64,000 bases of DNA from Candidatus Hydrogenedentota bacterium. Its GTDB lineage: Bacteria; Hydrogenedentota; Hydrogenedentia; Hydrogenedentales; SLHB01. Location of the stretch: assembly GCA_963745075.1 (NCBI GenBank), contig CAVUWV010000010.1:352001-416000 (forward strand). Reading direction: 5' to 3'. Under the pieces are notes generated by a model, which did no database searches, was not told where the DNA came from, and worked only from the letters and a program-made list of their open reading frames with translations. Positions 30,553-40,958 of this stretch are shown here, in pieces. Each line of letters starts with the position of its first letter. Position 1 is the first letter of the stretch. A program made the translations under genes and the position numbers.

Positions 30553-31169
30553 GATCCCTCTCCCTCCTTAAACGACGCACACGTCGCGTCCAGAACCCGG
30601 ATCGTCTTGGTCAATTTCGAAGGCCGTTTCAGCCCCGGGTTTGCCGCCGCACTCATCACGATCCCGCCTTTGCCGCGCACCGAACTTGCCACCAGCGTCG
30701 GCATGTCGGCCCACAGGCCGTTGTCCAGCACAATCGTGCTGCCCTTGCCAAAGGTCGCCGGCGTGCGGGCAAAGTAAAACAACCGCAGCACGTGCGGATG
30801 CGCCTCCAGGTCTTTGGAATCCAAGAGGTTCAACTCCGGATCGTAAAGCGGCGTCAGTGAACACGGTTTGCCGTCCACCCGCAGCGTCAATTGGGATGCG
30901 GCTCGGTCGAGCACGGTTTTCAGGTACGCCCGACGTTCACCCGAAGACAACGTGTCGTCGCCGTTCGCATCGATGAGCCGCCGCGCTGCCAAAGACATGG
31001 GACTGGTGAACAAAAACTCAACGGTAAGGTCGATATTTGTCGGGCCGACCACGGCCGTGACGCGCTGTTGGAGGTACTTTTCCAGTTCCACGTGGGCGAA
31101 GGCGGTAACCAACGCGCCCGAAAAGCACACGGCAACGAAAAGAAAGGTAGGCGCCCGACGAATCCCCAT
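30549..31169 (-). CDS. Exported hypothetical protein
   Basis: Signal peptide (AFA-H), EF-hand-like DANGDDTLS; stop overlaps the next start. Confidence 0.6.
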   Translation of the reverse strand: MGIRRAPTFLFVAVCFSGALVTAFAHVELEKYLQQRVTAVVGPTNIDLTVEFLFTSPMSLAARRLIDANGDDTLSSGERRAYLKTVLDRAASQLTLRVDGKPCSLTPLYDPELNLLDSKDLEAHPHVLRLFYFARTPATFGKGSTIVLDNGLWADMPTLVASSVRGKGGIVMSAAANPGLKRPSKLTKTIRVLDATCASFKEGEGS

Positions 31170-31427
31170 AGTCGATCCCCATCGCGTTGGACCGCCAGTC
31201 TAAATCGCCGGCCGGGCGGTGTCAACGCCTCCAACGAATCGCGGCGAGACGAATCCTCGCCCGCCGTGTATAATCCTACAGGACTCGCCGCCACGCCAAT
31301 CGACGAGCCAGACGCTTCGGCGTGGTCAACTTCCTTTCTCCAGGAACGGGTTGAATGTCTCTAGGGTTGTCCGTCTCTATCATCGACCGGATCCCATACC
31401 GGCGCGAAGTGACGTGAAGGAGCAGTA

Positions 31428-33020
31428 ATGAATCATAAGCTATCTATTATCACAATCTTAGGGCTATCGTCGGTGTGGGCCTCAGCCCAGGATTACGCAG
31501 ATATGGCGACCGCCCCTCCCATCACGACCAACGCCGCCATGGATAAGGTCTTGAATCCACTCCCGGCGTCCCTTGTCGAAACCTATCTCCAGTTCGTCGG
31601 CACTTCCCACGTCTTCGACACCTACGCCGGCCAGAACGGCCAACTTAAGTCCTTGTCCGACAACCACAAACAATTTCTGGTGGGCAGCGGGTTTTCGGTC
31701 GACATGGACTCCCAAGCCCTTTTCGACCAAGGCGTAAGCGATCCGCCCTACACCGTGTACGAGACCGCGATCACCTCCGTCGACGCCGAGGCCCTTCGGC
31801 TCCTCGTCGACCTATCCCAACTCCAGGACGGCGAAGAGGCCTGGGTCATCGATACGTCCGCGAACCGGGCCTTCGGACCCTATGGCTCGGACGACGCGGT
31901 GGAAGGTGGCCGCTGGCTCCCCACTACCGTCAGCGAATCGGCCGTCCTCATGGTCCGCACTACCGGCGCCACTCTGCCCCAGATTCGCTTGCTAGGCGTC
32001 TCCCATTTCTTTCAACGCTTCGAGGATGCCCTTAAGTTGTTGTCCTGTAACAACGACATCAACTGCGAAAACAATTCCACTATCCAGGATGTGTCAACCG
32101 GCGTCGGCATCATGGTCGTGCCCCAGGGCGGTCTCGATCAGGCCTTGTGCACCGGCTCCCTCATCAACAACCCCGATACCGCGGAATTGGAGCCCTACTT
32201 GCTCACCAGTTGGCATTGCGTGCCGGACTATGTCGATGCCGACCAAGTCGACATCATCTGGGATTTCCGGTCTTCCGGGTGCAACAACAACGATCCCCCC
32301 TCCCTCGCATCGCTGCCCCGAAGTGAAGGCGACACGGTGTTGACGACCAGCAACGCCTATGACCTGACCCTCATGCGCTTGCTCAGCGTACCGTCCGGCA
32401 CCCTCGGGCGTACGTACCTGGGATGGGACACCCGCGACCCGGTATTCAGCGAAGATGTGGTCACCATCCACTACCCCGACGGGTCCCATGAACGCATCAG
32501 CTACGGTCAAGTCGTGGCGATCGACCAGAACTCCAATGGCTTCGTGCGCGAGACCAAGATTCATTGGTACGACGGCGTCACGGAGGGCGGTTCCTCCGGC
32601 AGTCCCCTGCTCCTCGTATCGTCCGGATACCGCGTCAGCGGCACCTTGAGCAACGGCACCGTCCATTCCTGCACCGACACCGCCGGAAACGTGGACTGGT
32701 ACACCTCGCTCCGCGATTTCTATCCCCAAGCCGAGGGATGGCTCAGCGGCACCAATCCGCCGCCTCCTGACGACGGAACCGGCACCACCTCCACATGCCC
32801 CGCCACAACGGCGTTTAAGAACAACCCGGAAATCCTCAAAAACCTTCGCGCCCTGCGTGACAACGGACTGCTCAAGACGTCCTGGGGCAAACCCCTCGTC
32901 GACGCCTACTATGCGGCCGCGCCTTACCTCGCGCGCCTCGTCGACTGGTCCCCCACCGCGCGCGAAACCTTCCGCATGGCCGCCGCCCCATTCGCAGCCC
33001 TCGGCGCAAGGTACTCGTAG
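31428..33020 (+). CDS. Secreted trypsin-like serine protease (lysyl endopeptidase-like) with CFI-box-CTERM-like tail
   Basis: CTGSLINN, LTSWHC, YDLTL and TEGGSSGSPL triad; tail CPATTAF...LRALRD..L....GK.LV.AYY. Confidence 0.85.
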   Translation: MNHKLSIITILGLSSVWASAQDYADMATAPPITTNAAMDKVLNPLPASLVETYLQFVGTSHVFDTYAGQNGQLKSLSDNHKQFLVGSGFSVDMDSQALFDQGVSDPPYTVYETAITSVDAEALRLLVDLSQLQDGEEAWVIDTSANRAFGPYGSDDAVEGGRWLPTTVSESAVLMVRTTGATLPQIRLLGVSHFFQRFEDALKLLSCNNDINCENNSTIQDVSTGVGIMVVPQGGLDQALCTGSLINNPDTAELEPYLLTSWHCVPDYVDADQVDIIWDFRSSGCNNNDPPSLASLPRSEGDTVLTTSNAYDLTLMRLLSVPSGTLGRTYLGWDTRDPVFSEDVVTIHYPDGSHERISYGQVVAIDQNSNGFVRETKIHWYDGVTEGGSSGSPLLLVSSGYRVSGTLSNGTVHSCTDTAGNVDWYTSLRDFYPQAEGWLSGTNPPPPDDGTGTTSTCPATTAFKNNPEILKNLRALRDNGLLKTSWGKPLVDAYYAAAPYLARLVDWSPTARETFRMAAAPFAALGARYS

Positions 33021-33181
33021 AACGAACCGAGGATTTGGAGAACAAAACGGTTTCATTGTGTGTTTTATTGAACGTACTTGATCTCGTAATCGCAATCGAA
33101 ACACTAGATTCTCACATACATAGCCCGCCTCTCGCGCCGACCGCGGCACGATGAGGGTTGACACCTCAACGGAGTCCCGCC

Positions 33182-34102
33182 ATGCAAGCCATCGCCTCAT
33201 CAATGGTTCTGATACTTCTCGCGCTCACCGCTGGATTGACGGATGCCTCCGCCACCGAGGAGGAAGAGGTCAGCAATGGCATGCGGATCACCCGTAACAT
33301 CGAATACCGCAATCCCCCGCCCGCCGAACCGAAACTCACCGCTCTCGACATCTATCAACCCCTCGACGGCGGCGACAACCTTCCCGTCATGATCTTCATC
33401 CACGGCGGTTCCTGGCGCGGCGGCGACAAGAGCTGGGAGGGCTCAAAACCCGAGTTCTTCACCTCCCACGGGTACGTATTTGCCAGCATCAACTACCGCC
33501 TTTCCCCAGAAGTCCAGCATCCCGTTCACGTCGAGGACGTGGCCCACGCCATCGCCTGGCTCCACCACCACGTCGCCGAATACGGGGGCGACCCGGACCG
33601 GATGGTGGTGCTGGGCCATTCCTCCGGGGCCCATCTCGCTGCCCTGGTGGCCATCGACCAGCGCTACCTCAAGGAGGCCGGCGACGGCCTTGCGGATATC
33701 AAGGGCGTCATCGTCCTGGACGGCGGCGGCTACGACATTCCCAAAATGGTGAACAGCGGCGAACTCTTCTCGAAACACCGGTACGAGTTCGCTTTTGGCG
33801 ACAAAAAGAGCGTCTGGATCGACGCATCACCGGTCACCCATGTGGAACCCGGCAAAGACATCCCACCCTTCCTCCTGGTCCACGCCTGGAAACGCAAAGC
33901 TTCGCGCCAACAAGCCCACGAACTCGCCGATGCCCTCCAGAAGGCCGGCTACCGCGCCGAGGTCTTCCACGAGCCCAACAAAAACCACATCACCATCAAC
34001 AGTTCCATCGGCGACGAAGGCGACGAAACCACCGCCCGCATCATGAAGTTTCTCCAGTCCATTTGGGCAGGAGACAAAACCGTGCTTAAAGCAGAGATCT
34101 GA
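33182..34102 (+). CDS. Secreted esterase/lipase (alpha/beta hydrolase)
   Basis: HGGSW, NYRLSP and GHSSGAHL. Confidence 0.88.
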   Translation: MQAIASSMVLILLALTAGLTDASATEEEEVSNGMRITRNIEYRNPPPAEPKLTALDIYQPLDGGDNLPVMIFIHGGSWRGGDKSWEGSKPEFFTSHGYVFASINYRLSPEVQHPVHVEDVAHAIAWLHHHVAEYGGDPDRMVVLGHSSGAHLAALVAIDQRYLKEAGDGLADIKGVIVLDGGGYDIPKMVNSGELFSKHRYEFAFGDKKSVWIDASPVTHVEPGKDIPPFLLVHAWKRKASRQQAHELADALQKAGYRAEVFHEPNKNHITINSSIGDEGDETTARIMKFLQSIWAGDKTVLKAEI

Positions 34103-34141
34103 AGGCCGGCGTTTGACATCCGGTTCGCGAATCAAGAGAAA

Positions 34142-34912
34142 ATGGAGCCCATGCTGACTCCCGCTGAAATCGAACAATACCACCAAGACGGATACCTCGT
34201 CTTCGAACGGCTCATCCATGGCGATACGCTCGACCGCTACCTGCGCGTCCTCCGCGATGCCTTGGCCCGCAGCCGGGATATCCCTTCCGATGCCCATTGG
34301 GCCTTCGAATTGAACGAGCACGGCATCGAACGCCCCGAACACATGCTCCACAAGATCCAAGGTGTCTGCGTGGCGCTGCCGGAAATCCTCGAACTGGCCC
34401 GCGAACCGGCTATTGTCGATCGGGTCGAATCGCTGCTCGGCCCGGATATCGACGTGTTCGGGACTAAGTTCTTCCCCTTACTGCCCGGCGGCGGAACCTC
34501 CACCCACTGGCATCAGGACAATTTCTACTTCGACACGTGGGCCGACGACATCGTCACCTGCGGCATCTACCTCGAGGACACCACCCGGGAAAACGGCTGC
34601 TTAAAGATCGTGCCCGGCAGTCACCGGGACGGTCCGCAGACCCACCAACGCGACCCCGGCTCCTACGGAAGCTGGGTGGATGTGGACGAATCCCGCGCCC
34701 TGCATCTCGAGATTCCCGGGGGAACGGTGCTCCTTTTCTCGGCCAATCTGCTCCACGGAGCGAATCCTAACCGCAGTAACCGTAGTCGATATAGTACCGC
34801 TTGGCACTATATCCCTGGGTCGATGGACCTTACCCAATTCCGCCGGGGCGAATATGAAGACCGACATACCGTGCGGTCGCTAAGTGAAAAGACGACGAGG
34901 TCCACCCCGTGA
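34142..34912 (+). CDS. Phytanoyl-CoA dioxygenase family 2OG-Fe(II) enzyme
   Basis: WHQD, ENGCL..VPGSH and LLHG..PNRS...R. Confidence 0.9.
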   Translation: MEPMLTPAEIEQYHQDGYLVFERLIHGDTLDRYLRVLRDALARSRDIPSDAHWAFELNEHGIERPEHMLHKIQGVCVALPEILELAREPAIVDRVESLLGPDIDVFGTKFFPLLPGGGTSTHWHQDNFYFDTWADDIVTCGIYLEDTTRENGCLKIVPGSHRDGPQTHQRDPGSYGSWVDVDESRALHLEIPGGTVLLFSANLLHGANPNRSNRSRYSTAWHYIPGSMDLTQFRRGEYEDRHTVRSLSEKTTRSTP

Positions 34913-34973
34913 ATGTCCGGCGGGGCGAGTCGTCTACGTCTCCAAATGCCACAACCTTTCCAGGGAGTTCATT

Positions 34974-35738
34974 ATGCGTAAGCTATTCATACTTAGTCTC
35001 TTGACCGTAACCGCGCTGGCCTGCTCCGCCGCCCGCGCCGAGGAACAAACCCTCGATTCGATCACCGACCACATTGCCACGGCCTGGGAAAAAGTGAAGT
35101 CTTATTCCGCTGACATGACCATGGATGCCACGGTTCCCATGGGGCCGGTCAGTGTCTCGTCCAAGGGCACCGGGACCGTCGAGTTCATGCTGATCGACGA
35201 TAAACCCAAGTTCCGCATGGAAATGCAGAACAAGCTCGGCGGCAACATGCCCCTCATGGGCGGCGGAATGGAACAACACATCATCAGCGTCTACAACGGC
35301 GACATGATCTACGGCGAAATGGAAGCCATGGGAATGAAAAAGTACACCAAGGCCAAGCCTAAAGCGGACGACACGCAGAGTCCGGTCGGCGGCAAAAGCC
35401 TTATCGAAAAGATGCGGAAGCAGGGCGAAGTAAAGCTGCTGCCGGATGAGCAGGTAAACGGCCTCGACACCTACGTCCTGGAAGTTAAGCCCAACAACGC
35501 CGGCCAACAGGAAGGCCCCGTCAAGGCCGAACTCATGCGGTTCTATATCGCGAAAGACTCGGGCATCCAGGTACGCACCGTCGCGATGAATGCGGAAGGC
35601 TCGCCCGTCCTCACCATCGACTACGCAAACCTCAAGGTCAATCCCGAAATCGATCCCAAACGCTTCGACTTCATGCCGCCCCCCGGCGCCGACGTCATCG
35701 ACATGGGCGACGGCACCAAACGCCCAAAGTTGTTCTAA
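34974..35738 (+). CDS. LolA-like outer-membrane lipoprotein carrier/sorting protein
   Basis: Signal peptide, SYSAD and C-terminal VNPEIDPKRFDFMPPPGADV. Confidence 0.72.
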   Translation: MRKLFILSLLTVTALACSAARAEEQTLDSITDHIATAWEKVKSYSADMTMDATVPMGPVSVSSKGTGTVEFMLIDDKPKFRMEMQNKLGGNMPLMGGGMEQHIISVYNGDMIYGEMEAMGMKKYTKAKPKADDTQSPVGGKSLIEKMRKQGEVKLLPDEQVNGLDTYVLEVKPNNAGQQEGPVKAELMRFYIAKDSGIQVRTVAMNAEGSPVLTIDYANLKVNPEIDPKRFDFMPPPGADVIDMGDGTKRPKLF

Positions 35739-35954
35739 CTGGGTTTGTTAAACGTTTGCTAGTGTCCTGAATTTTAAGTTCCGTCTCATAGATACTGCGT
35801 AATGGGTAGCGTAAAGTCCCCCTTTGAAGGGGGATTCAGGGGGATGTTTCTTGAAGTGTTTGGATTAGATATGAACGGAATCTCGAACCCGCGACACTAG
35901 CGTCCATACCAAAGATCGCCATCGCACAGCCAACTCGGTCATGCTGATTACCCG

Positions 35955-37610
35955 ATGACACCCGAAGACACCGCCATCGCCTACCACGAAGCGACGAAGC
36001 ACCACTTCCATCGCTACGCCCGCTCGCTCGGCTACCTGGATTGGGCCAACCAACCCGATCCCTTTCGCCGTTACGTAGGCGCGCCGCTGCACAAACTCCC
36101 CCTGCATGCCGCCGACGACACGCCGCCCTACGAACATCTTTACGCGCCGGGTAAGAACCCGTCGCGCCCCGTCACCCTCGCGTCCATCGCATTGCTCTTC
36201 GAAAACAGCCTCGCCATCTCGGCCTGGAAGGAGTTTCAGGGGAACCGGTGGGCACTCCGCTGCAATCCGTCCAGCGGAAACTTGCACCCAACCGAAGGCT
36301 ATCTCGTCGCGGGTCCGATTGAAGGTCTTTCGACCTCGCCGGGCGTGTATCACTACGCGCCGAAAGAGCACGCGCTTGAACAGCGCACAACTTTCGACGA
36401 AACCATTTGCGACGCGCTCACGCACGGCTTTCCCACAGGGACCCACTTCCTGGGTCTCACCTCGATCCACTGGCGCGAAGCCTGGAAATACGGCGAACGC
36501 GCCTATCGCTACTGCCAGCACGACGTGGGCCACGCACTCGCCGCGATCCGCATCGCCGCGGCCATGCTGGGTTGGCGCGCCGCCATGCTGGACGACTTGC
36601 CGGATGCCGCCCTCGCCTCGTTGCTCGGCGTCGACCGCGAGGATGCCGGGCACGCCATGGAACGCGAATCGCCGGACCTCTTGGTGGCGATCGTTCCTGA
36701 AGCGTCCGCGTCTCAGTCTCTCGAATTGCCGGGCACGAACCGCCCCGCATTCCTGGAAGCGATCGACCGAATCGCGGCCGGCACGTGGTCCGGCACCGCA
36801 AACCGGTTGAGTGACGACTACGTCGCTTGGGAAATCATTCGCGGCGTCGAAACCGCCTGTGAGAAGCCAGTTACGCAACAGGCATCCAACGTCCACTCAT
36901 GTGATTTGCCAACCGATACCGAACCTCATTGTGGCCTCTCCGCGCATCGCATCATCCAGCAGCGGCGCAGCGCCGTTGCCATGGACGGAGAAACCGGGAT
37001 CGACCGCGGCACCTTCTACCGCATGCTGGCCCGTGTCGTTCCTTCCTGTTGTTCCGTTCCGTGGGATGCCGCGCCGCCGCCCGCATACGTACACCTCGGC
37101 ATCTTCGTGCATCGCGTCGACGGGTTGCCGTCCGGCCTCTATGCACTCGTTCGTGACGCCACGAAATCAGAAGTACTCCGCGACGCCATGAATCCGGATT
37201 TCCCCTGGACGTCGCCGGAAGGATGTCCCCCCGAATTGCCGCTCTACCTGCTCGCGGAAGGCGATTGCCGCCAGGCCGCCACCGCCGTCAGTTGTGGCCA
37301 AGACATCGCCGGCGACGGCGCATTCAGTCTCGGAATGCTTGCCGAATTCGAACCCGTCATCCGCGACAACGGCGCCTGGATGTACCGCCGCCTGTTCTGG
37401 GAAACCGGCATGATCGGGCAAGTCCTCTACCTCGAAGCCGAGGCTGCCGGCGTCCGCGCCACCGGCATCGGATGCTTCTTCGACGATCCCGTCCACGAGA
37501 TCTTCGGCCTCAGCGGCCACCAGTTCCAGTCTCTCTACCATTTCACCGTCGGCGGCCCCGTGGACGATCCCCGCCTCACCACCCTGCCGCCGTACCCACG
37601 CTCCGTCTAG
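35955..37610 (+). CDS. SagB/ThcOx-family tandem nitroreductase-fold dehydrogenase
   Basis: YHEATKH, LRCNPSSGNLHPTE, REAWKYGERAYRYC, QRRSA and GIGCFFDD. Confidence 0.88.
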   Translation: MTPEDTAIAYHEATKHHFHRYARSLGYLDWANQPDPFRRYVGAPLHKLPLHAADDTPPYEHLYAPGKNPSRPVTLASIALLFENSLAISAWKEFQGNRWALRCNPSSGNLHPTEGYLVAGPIEGLSTSPGVYHYAPKEHALEQRTTFDETICDALTHGFPTGTHFLGLTSIHWREAWKYGERAYRYCQHDVGHALAAIRIAAAMLGWRAAMLDDLPDAALASLLGVDREDAGHAMERESPDLLVAIVPEASASQSLELPGTNRPAFLEAIDRIAAGTWSGTANRLSDDYVAWEIIRGVETACEKPVTQQASNVHSCDLPTDTEPHCGLSAHRIIQQRRSAVAMDGETGIDRGTFYRMLARVVPSCCSVPWDAAPPPAYVHLGIFVHRVDGLPSGLYALVRDATKSEVLRDAMNPDFPWTSPEGCPPELPLYLLAEGDCRQAATAVSCGQDIAGDGAFSLGMLAEFEPVIRDNGAWMYRRLFWETGMIGQVLYLEAEAAGVRATGIGCFFDDPVHEIFGLSGHQFQSLYHFTVGGPVDDPRLTTLPPYPRSV

Positions 37611-37735
37611 GATCGCTGACCCGCGTTAAGGTCCATTCCGTCCATCAAGTCCATACCGTCCATCGACCCTCAAGTGTGCTAGAATCGCCTCGCACAACCA
37701 GGTTGATTTGGCGAAGGAATCGGGGGAAGAAGGCT

Positions 37736-38779
37736 GTGACAAATCGCAAACGCGTCATCAACGCACTCGCGCCCATCCGCGTCTGCGATCTCGGCGGCTG
37801 GACCGACACGTGGTTCGCGGAAACCGGCGCCGTGTTCAACATCGGCGTCTACCCCTACGCGGAAGTGCAAGTGACTGTTTCGGAAGACGGCGCGCACGAT
37901 GAGCGCATCACCATCAACGCGGAAAACTTCGGCGACCGATACACGCTGGAGCCCGGCAAGATCACCTACGACCGGCATCCCCTCATCGAGGCCTCCATCG
38001 ACATCATGGAACTGCCCGAATCGCTGACCTTCGAAGTTGACCTCTACTCGGCCGCGCCCGCCGGCGCGTCCACAGGCACCTCGGCCGCCGTTACCGTTGC
38101 CCTGCTTGGCGCAATCGATCTGCTCACGCCCGGCCGTCGCACCCCCCACGAAATCGCGTCCCTCGCCCACCGCGTCGAAACGGAAAAACTAAAACTCCAG
38201 TGCGGTATCCAGGATCAACTCTGTTCGGCGTATGGCGGCGCATGCTTCATCGAAATGTTTCACTACCCCCACGCCTCCGTTTCCCAGATCGCCGTCCCGA
38301 ACAACGTCTGGTGGGAACTCGAACGCCGGATGGTCCTCGTCTACCTCGGCCATTCTCATTCTTCCAGCGACGTCCACGGCCAGGTCATCCACCGCCTCGA
38401 ACAAAAGGACGCCGACAAGTCCGCGCTGGAACCCTTGCGCGCCGCCGCCCACGCCGGCAAGAACGCCTTGTTCGCCGGCGACTTTAACGCCCTCGGCCGC
38501 TGCATGATCGCCAATACGGAAGGCCAGGCCGCCCTCCATCCCGGCCTCGTGTCGGACGACGCCAAGGCCGCCATCGAGCTCGCACGCAAACACAACGCCG
38601 TCGGATGGAAAGTCAACGGCGCCGGCGGTGAAGGCGGCTCGTTAACCATTCTCTGCGACGCCGACGCCGCCAACAAACGTGCCCTTCTGAGCGCCCTGCC
38701 CGAATGCAACCCCCACTACCAGGTCATCCCAACCTACCTCTCCCGCACGGGCCTCCGCCGCTGGGAAGTGGAATCCTGA
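37736..38779 (+). CDS. GHMP kinase (HddA/fucokinase-like sugar kinase)
   Basis: APIRVCDLGGWTD, P.GASTGTSAA, GIQDQ..SAYGG and GWKVNGAGGEGG. Confidence 0.85.
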   Translation: MTNRKRVINALAPIRVCDLGGWTDTWFAETGAVFNIGVYPYAEVQVTVSEDGAHDERITINAENFGDRYTLEPGKITYDRHPLIEASIDIMELPESLTFEVDLYSAAPAGASTGTSAAVTVALLGAIDLLTPGRRTPHEIASLAHRVETEKLKLQCGIQDQLCSAYGGACFIEMFHYPHASVSQIAVPNNVWWELERRMVLVYLGHSHSSSDVHGQVIHRLEQKDADKSALEPLRAAAHAGKNALFAGDFNALGRCMIANTEGQAALHPGLVSDDAKAAIELARKHNAVGWKVNGAGGEGGSLTILCDADAANKRALLSALPECNPHYQVIPTYLSRTGLRRWEVES

Positions 38780-39088
38780 TCGCACGCGACCCTCACGCTA
38801 ATCTTCCTCGTAATCATAATCTGCTCGTAATCGTAAATCGGAGCACAAGGAGATTAAGGAGAGTAGCGCATGATCAAAGATGTGCTCGGCGCCGCAATCT
38901 TCTTGGCATGTTGTGTTCTCATTTTGCTTTTCAGAACGTCGCTTGACCGATTTCAGTCTAAGATAGGCGGGGCCATATACGTTTGTCTTTAGGACCGAGC
39001 GGTACTGTGCGGTAATGCACTTTTTCGCTGTAGTCCTTACCGCGTCTATATCGTTGTATTTCATAATCCGAATACTGGCACGAATGCT

Positions 39089-40565
39089 CTAGCGACCGCG
39101 GTGGGGATAAGAATTATCCATACCTTCCGGCCGCTCGATTCGTTGCTCTTCCTTGGCCAATAAGGCGGTGAATGCGGAAAGCAGGGCCAGGCCCGCTGCT
39201 GCCAGGAACGCCCAGTGCAATCCATTCATGAATTCAACCAACTGAGGTTCGCTGAATTGGCCGGAATGTCCTCGGTTCGTAAAGGGCGCCAGATTATAGA
39301 CAGTGGCGCCGGCAATGGCGATTCCAAACGCCATACCCACGTTGCGCATCATCGCCAGAACGCTGGAGGCGATTCCTCGAAACTCCAGGGGGGCGGCACC
39401 CATCGCGGCACTATTCATCGGACTCTGAAACATACCGGCGCCGAGACCACACACTGCCAACCGCCATACCACATCCCGAGTCTCGGCGTGCGCATCCAAC
39501 CGGCTGAACATGATCAATCCCACGGCCAGAATGAACATTCCGGTGAATCCAAGTCCCCGTGACCCGATTCGATCGGAAAGACTTCCGCTGAGAGGTCCCA
39601 CAAAAAGACTCAACACGGCAGACGTCATCATCACCAATCCCACTTTCAGAACGGGGTACTGCAAAGCATCTCTGAGGTACCAGGGCGTCAGAAAGACGAC
39701 ACTGAACAAGGCCATGAAATTCAGCAACGAACTCAAACAGGCAAACGTAAACCGGCGGTTTCTTGAAGATCGAAAGGTTCAACATGGGATAAGCAGATCG
39801 TCGTTCCGTCCGGAAAAACAGCCAGCCGAAAAACACGGAACCAATCAGCAGGCCGATACCCACGGGAGAAAACCATCCCCAAGATTCCGACCGATTGGCA
39901 TAGAGCAAGAGACAGAAAAGGAACGTAAATCCCAATAGGGCGCCCAACAGATCGATCTGCTGTTCCGATTTCCGTTCGCCGCTTGGAATCACGAAGTATC
40001 CCAACGCCAAAGCAACGACGCCAACGGGCAGGTTGATAAAGAAAATGAATCGCCAACTGAAGTATTGCGCGATAATTCCACCCAGCACCGGTCCCATCAT
40101 CAAGCCAAGTGCAATCGCGGTGGCATAAATGCCGATCGCTTTTCCCCGTTCCTGGGGAGGAAAAGCCGACGTAACGATGGCCATCCCCAAGGCCATTTGC
40201 ATGGCTATCATTAGTCCCTGGATCGCCCGGAAGAAGATTAACATCCAGATGTTCAGCGAAAGGCCGCAAAGCAGGGAGGCAAGGGCAAAACAGATCAATC
40301 CCGCCAGGAATACGACCTTATACCCGAAGATATCCCCAAGGCGGCCGTAAAACAGGATAAAGGAACAGATCGCGAGCAGATAGATCGTCGGTATCCATTG
40401 GGCCAACGAATAGTCCGCATGAAAATAGTCCGCGATGGATGGAAGAACAACATTGACAATGCTGCCGTCGATAGGGCCCATGATGACGCCCAACATCACT
40501 GCGCCCAGGATCATCCATTTAGATGATTCCGGCTCCCTATCAAGGGTCGCAGTCCTCTCAGTCAT
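39089..40565 (-). CDS. DHA2-type MFS efflux transporter (extra base near 39760)
   Basis: IDGSIVNVVLP and GRLGDIFG; two ORF halves join when one A is removed from AAGAAACCG. Confidence 0.85.
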
Positions 40566-40674
40566 AAAGACTCCTCAGCTTGGAGCGGAATACTATATGC
40601 CACACATTTCAGAGCCCCTAACGATAACTGCGAACCAATGGTTGCGCAACCACGTCGGGAAAAGGCGTCGGAAT

Positions 40675-40746
40675 GTAGCGCAGGCGTCTCGCCTGCATCT
40701 TGTTCGGTTTAATCCGGTGATTCTGCAGGCGAGACGCCTGCGCTAC
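40675..40746. repeat. Inverted pair of GTAG-type REPs
   Basis: GTAGCGCAGGCGTCTCGCCTGCA at 40675-40697 and its reverse complement at 40724-40746. Confidence 0.85.
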
Positions 40747-40958
40747 ATTCGTCCCATTCACATAGATTCTTGGTAGAGATTCCACGTTGTCCAATTGTGT
40801 TTCGTCTTCCCGCTCGTATTGGGCTTGGTTCAGCGAGAAGCGGAGTGAGAACGCTCTCGGTGCTACGTGAGTCCACCTTTTCCGCGGGAGTTTTTGCGGT
40901 AGGCGTGTCGTGCGTGTGAGAATTCCGGTCTAAGCCGAATGCCAAGGAGAAATCAACC

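Noticed and set aside
35955..37610. SagB-like gene as part of an azole RiPP cluster
   Set aside because: No YcaO or precursor nearby, it is 13 kb from the graspetide locus, and stand-alone tandem nitroreductases of this type are common
38798..39064. 88-aa ORF in a low-GC patch
   Set aside because: No recognisable motif, and it ends in a hexamer repeat tract; cannot be supported as a gene or IS remnant
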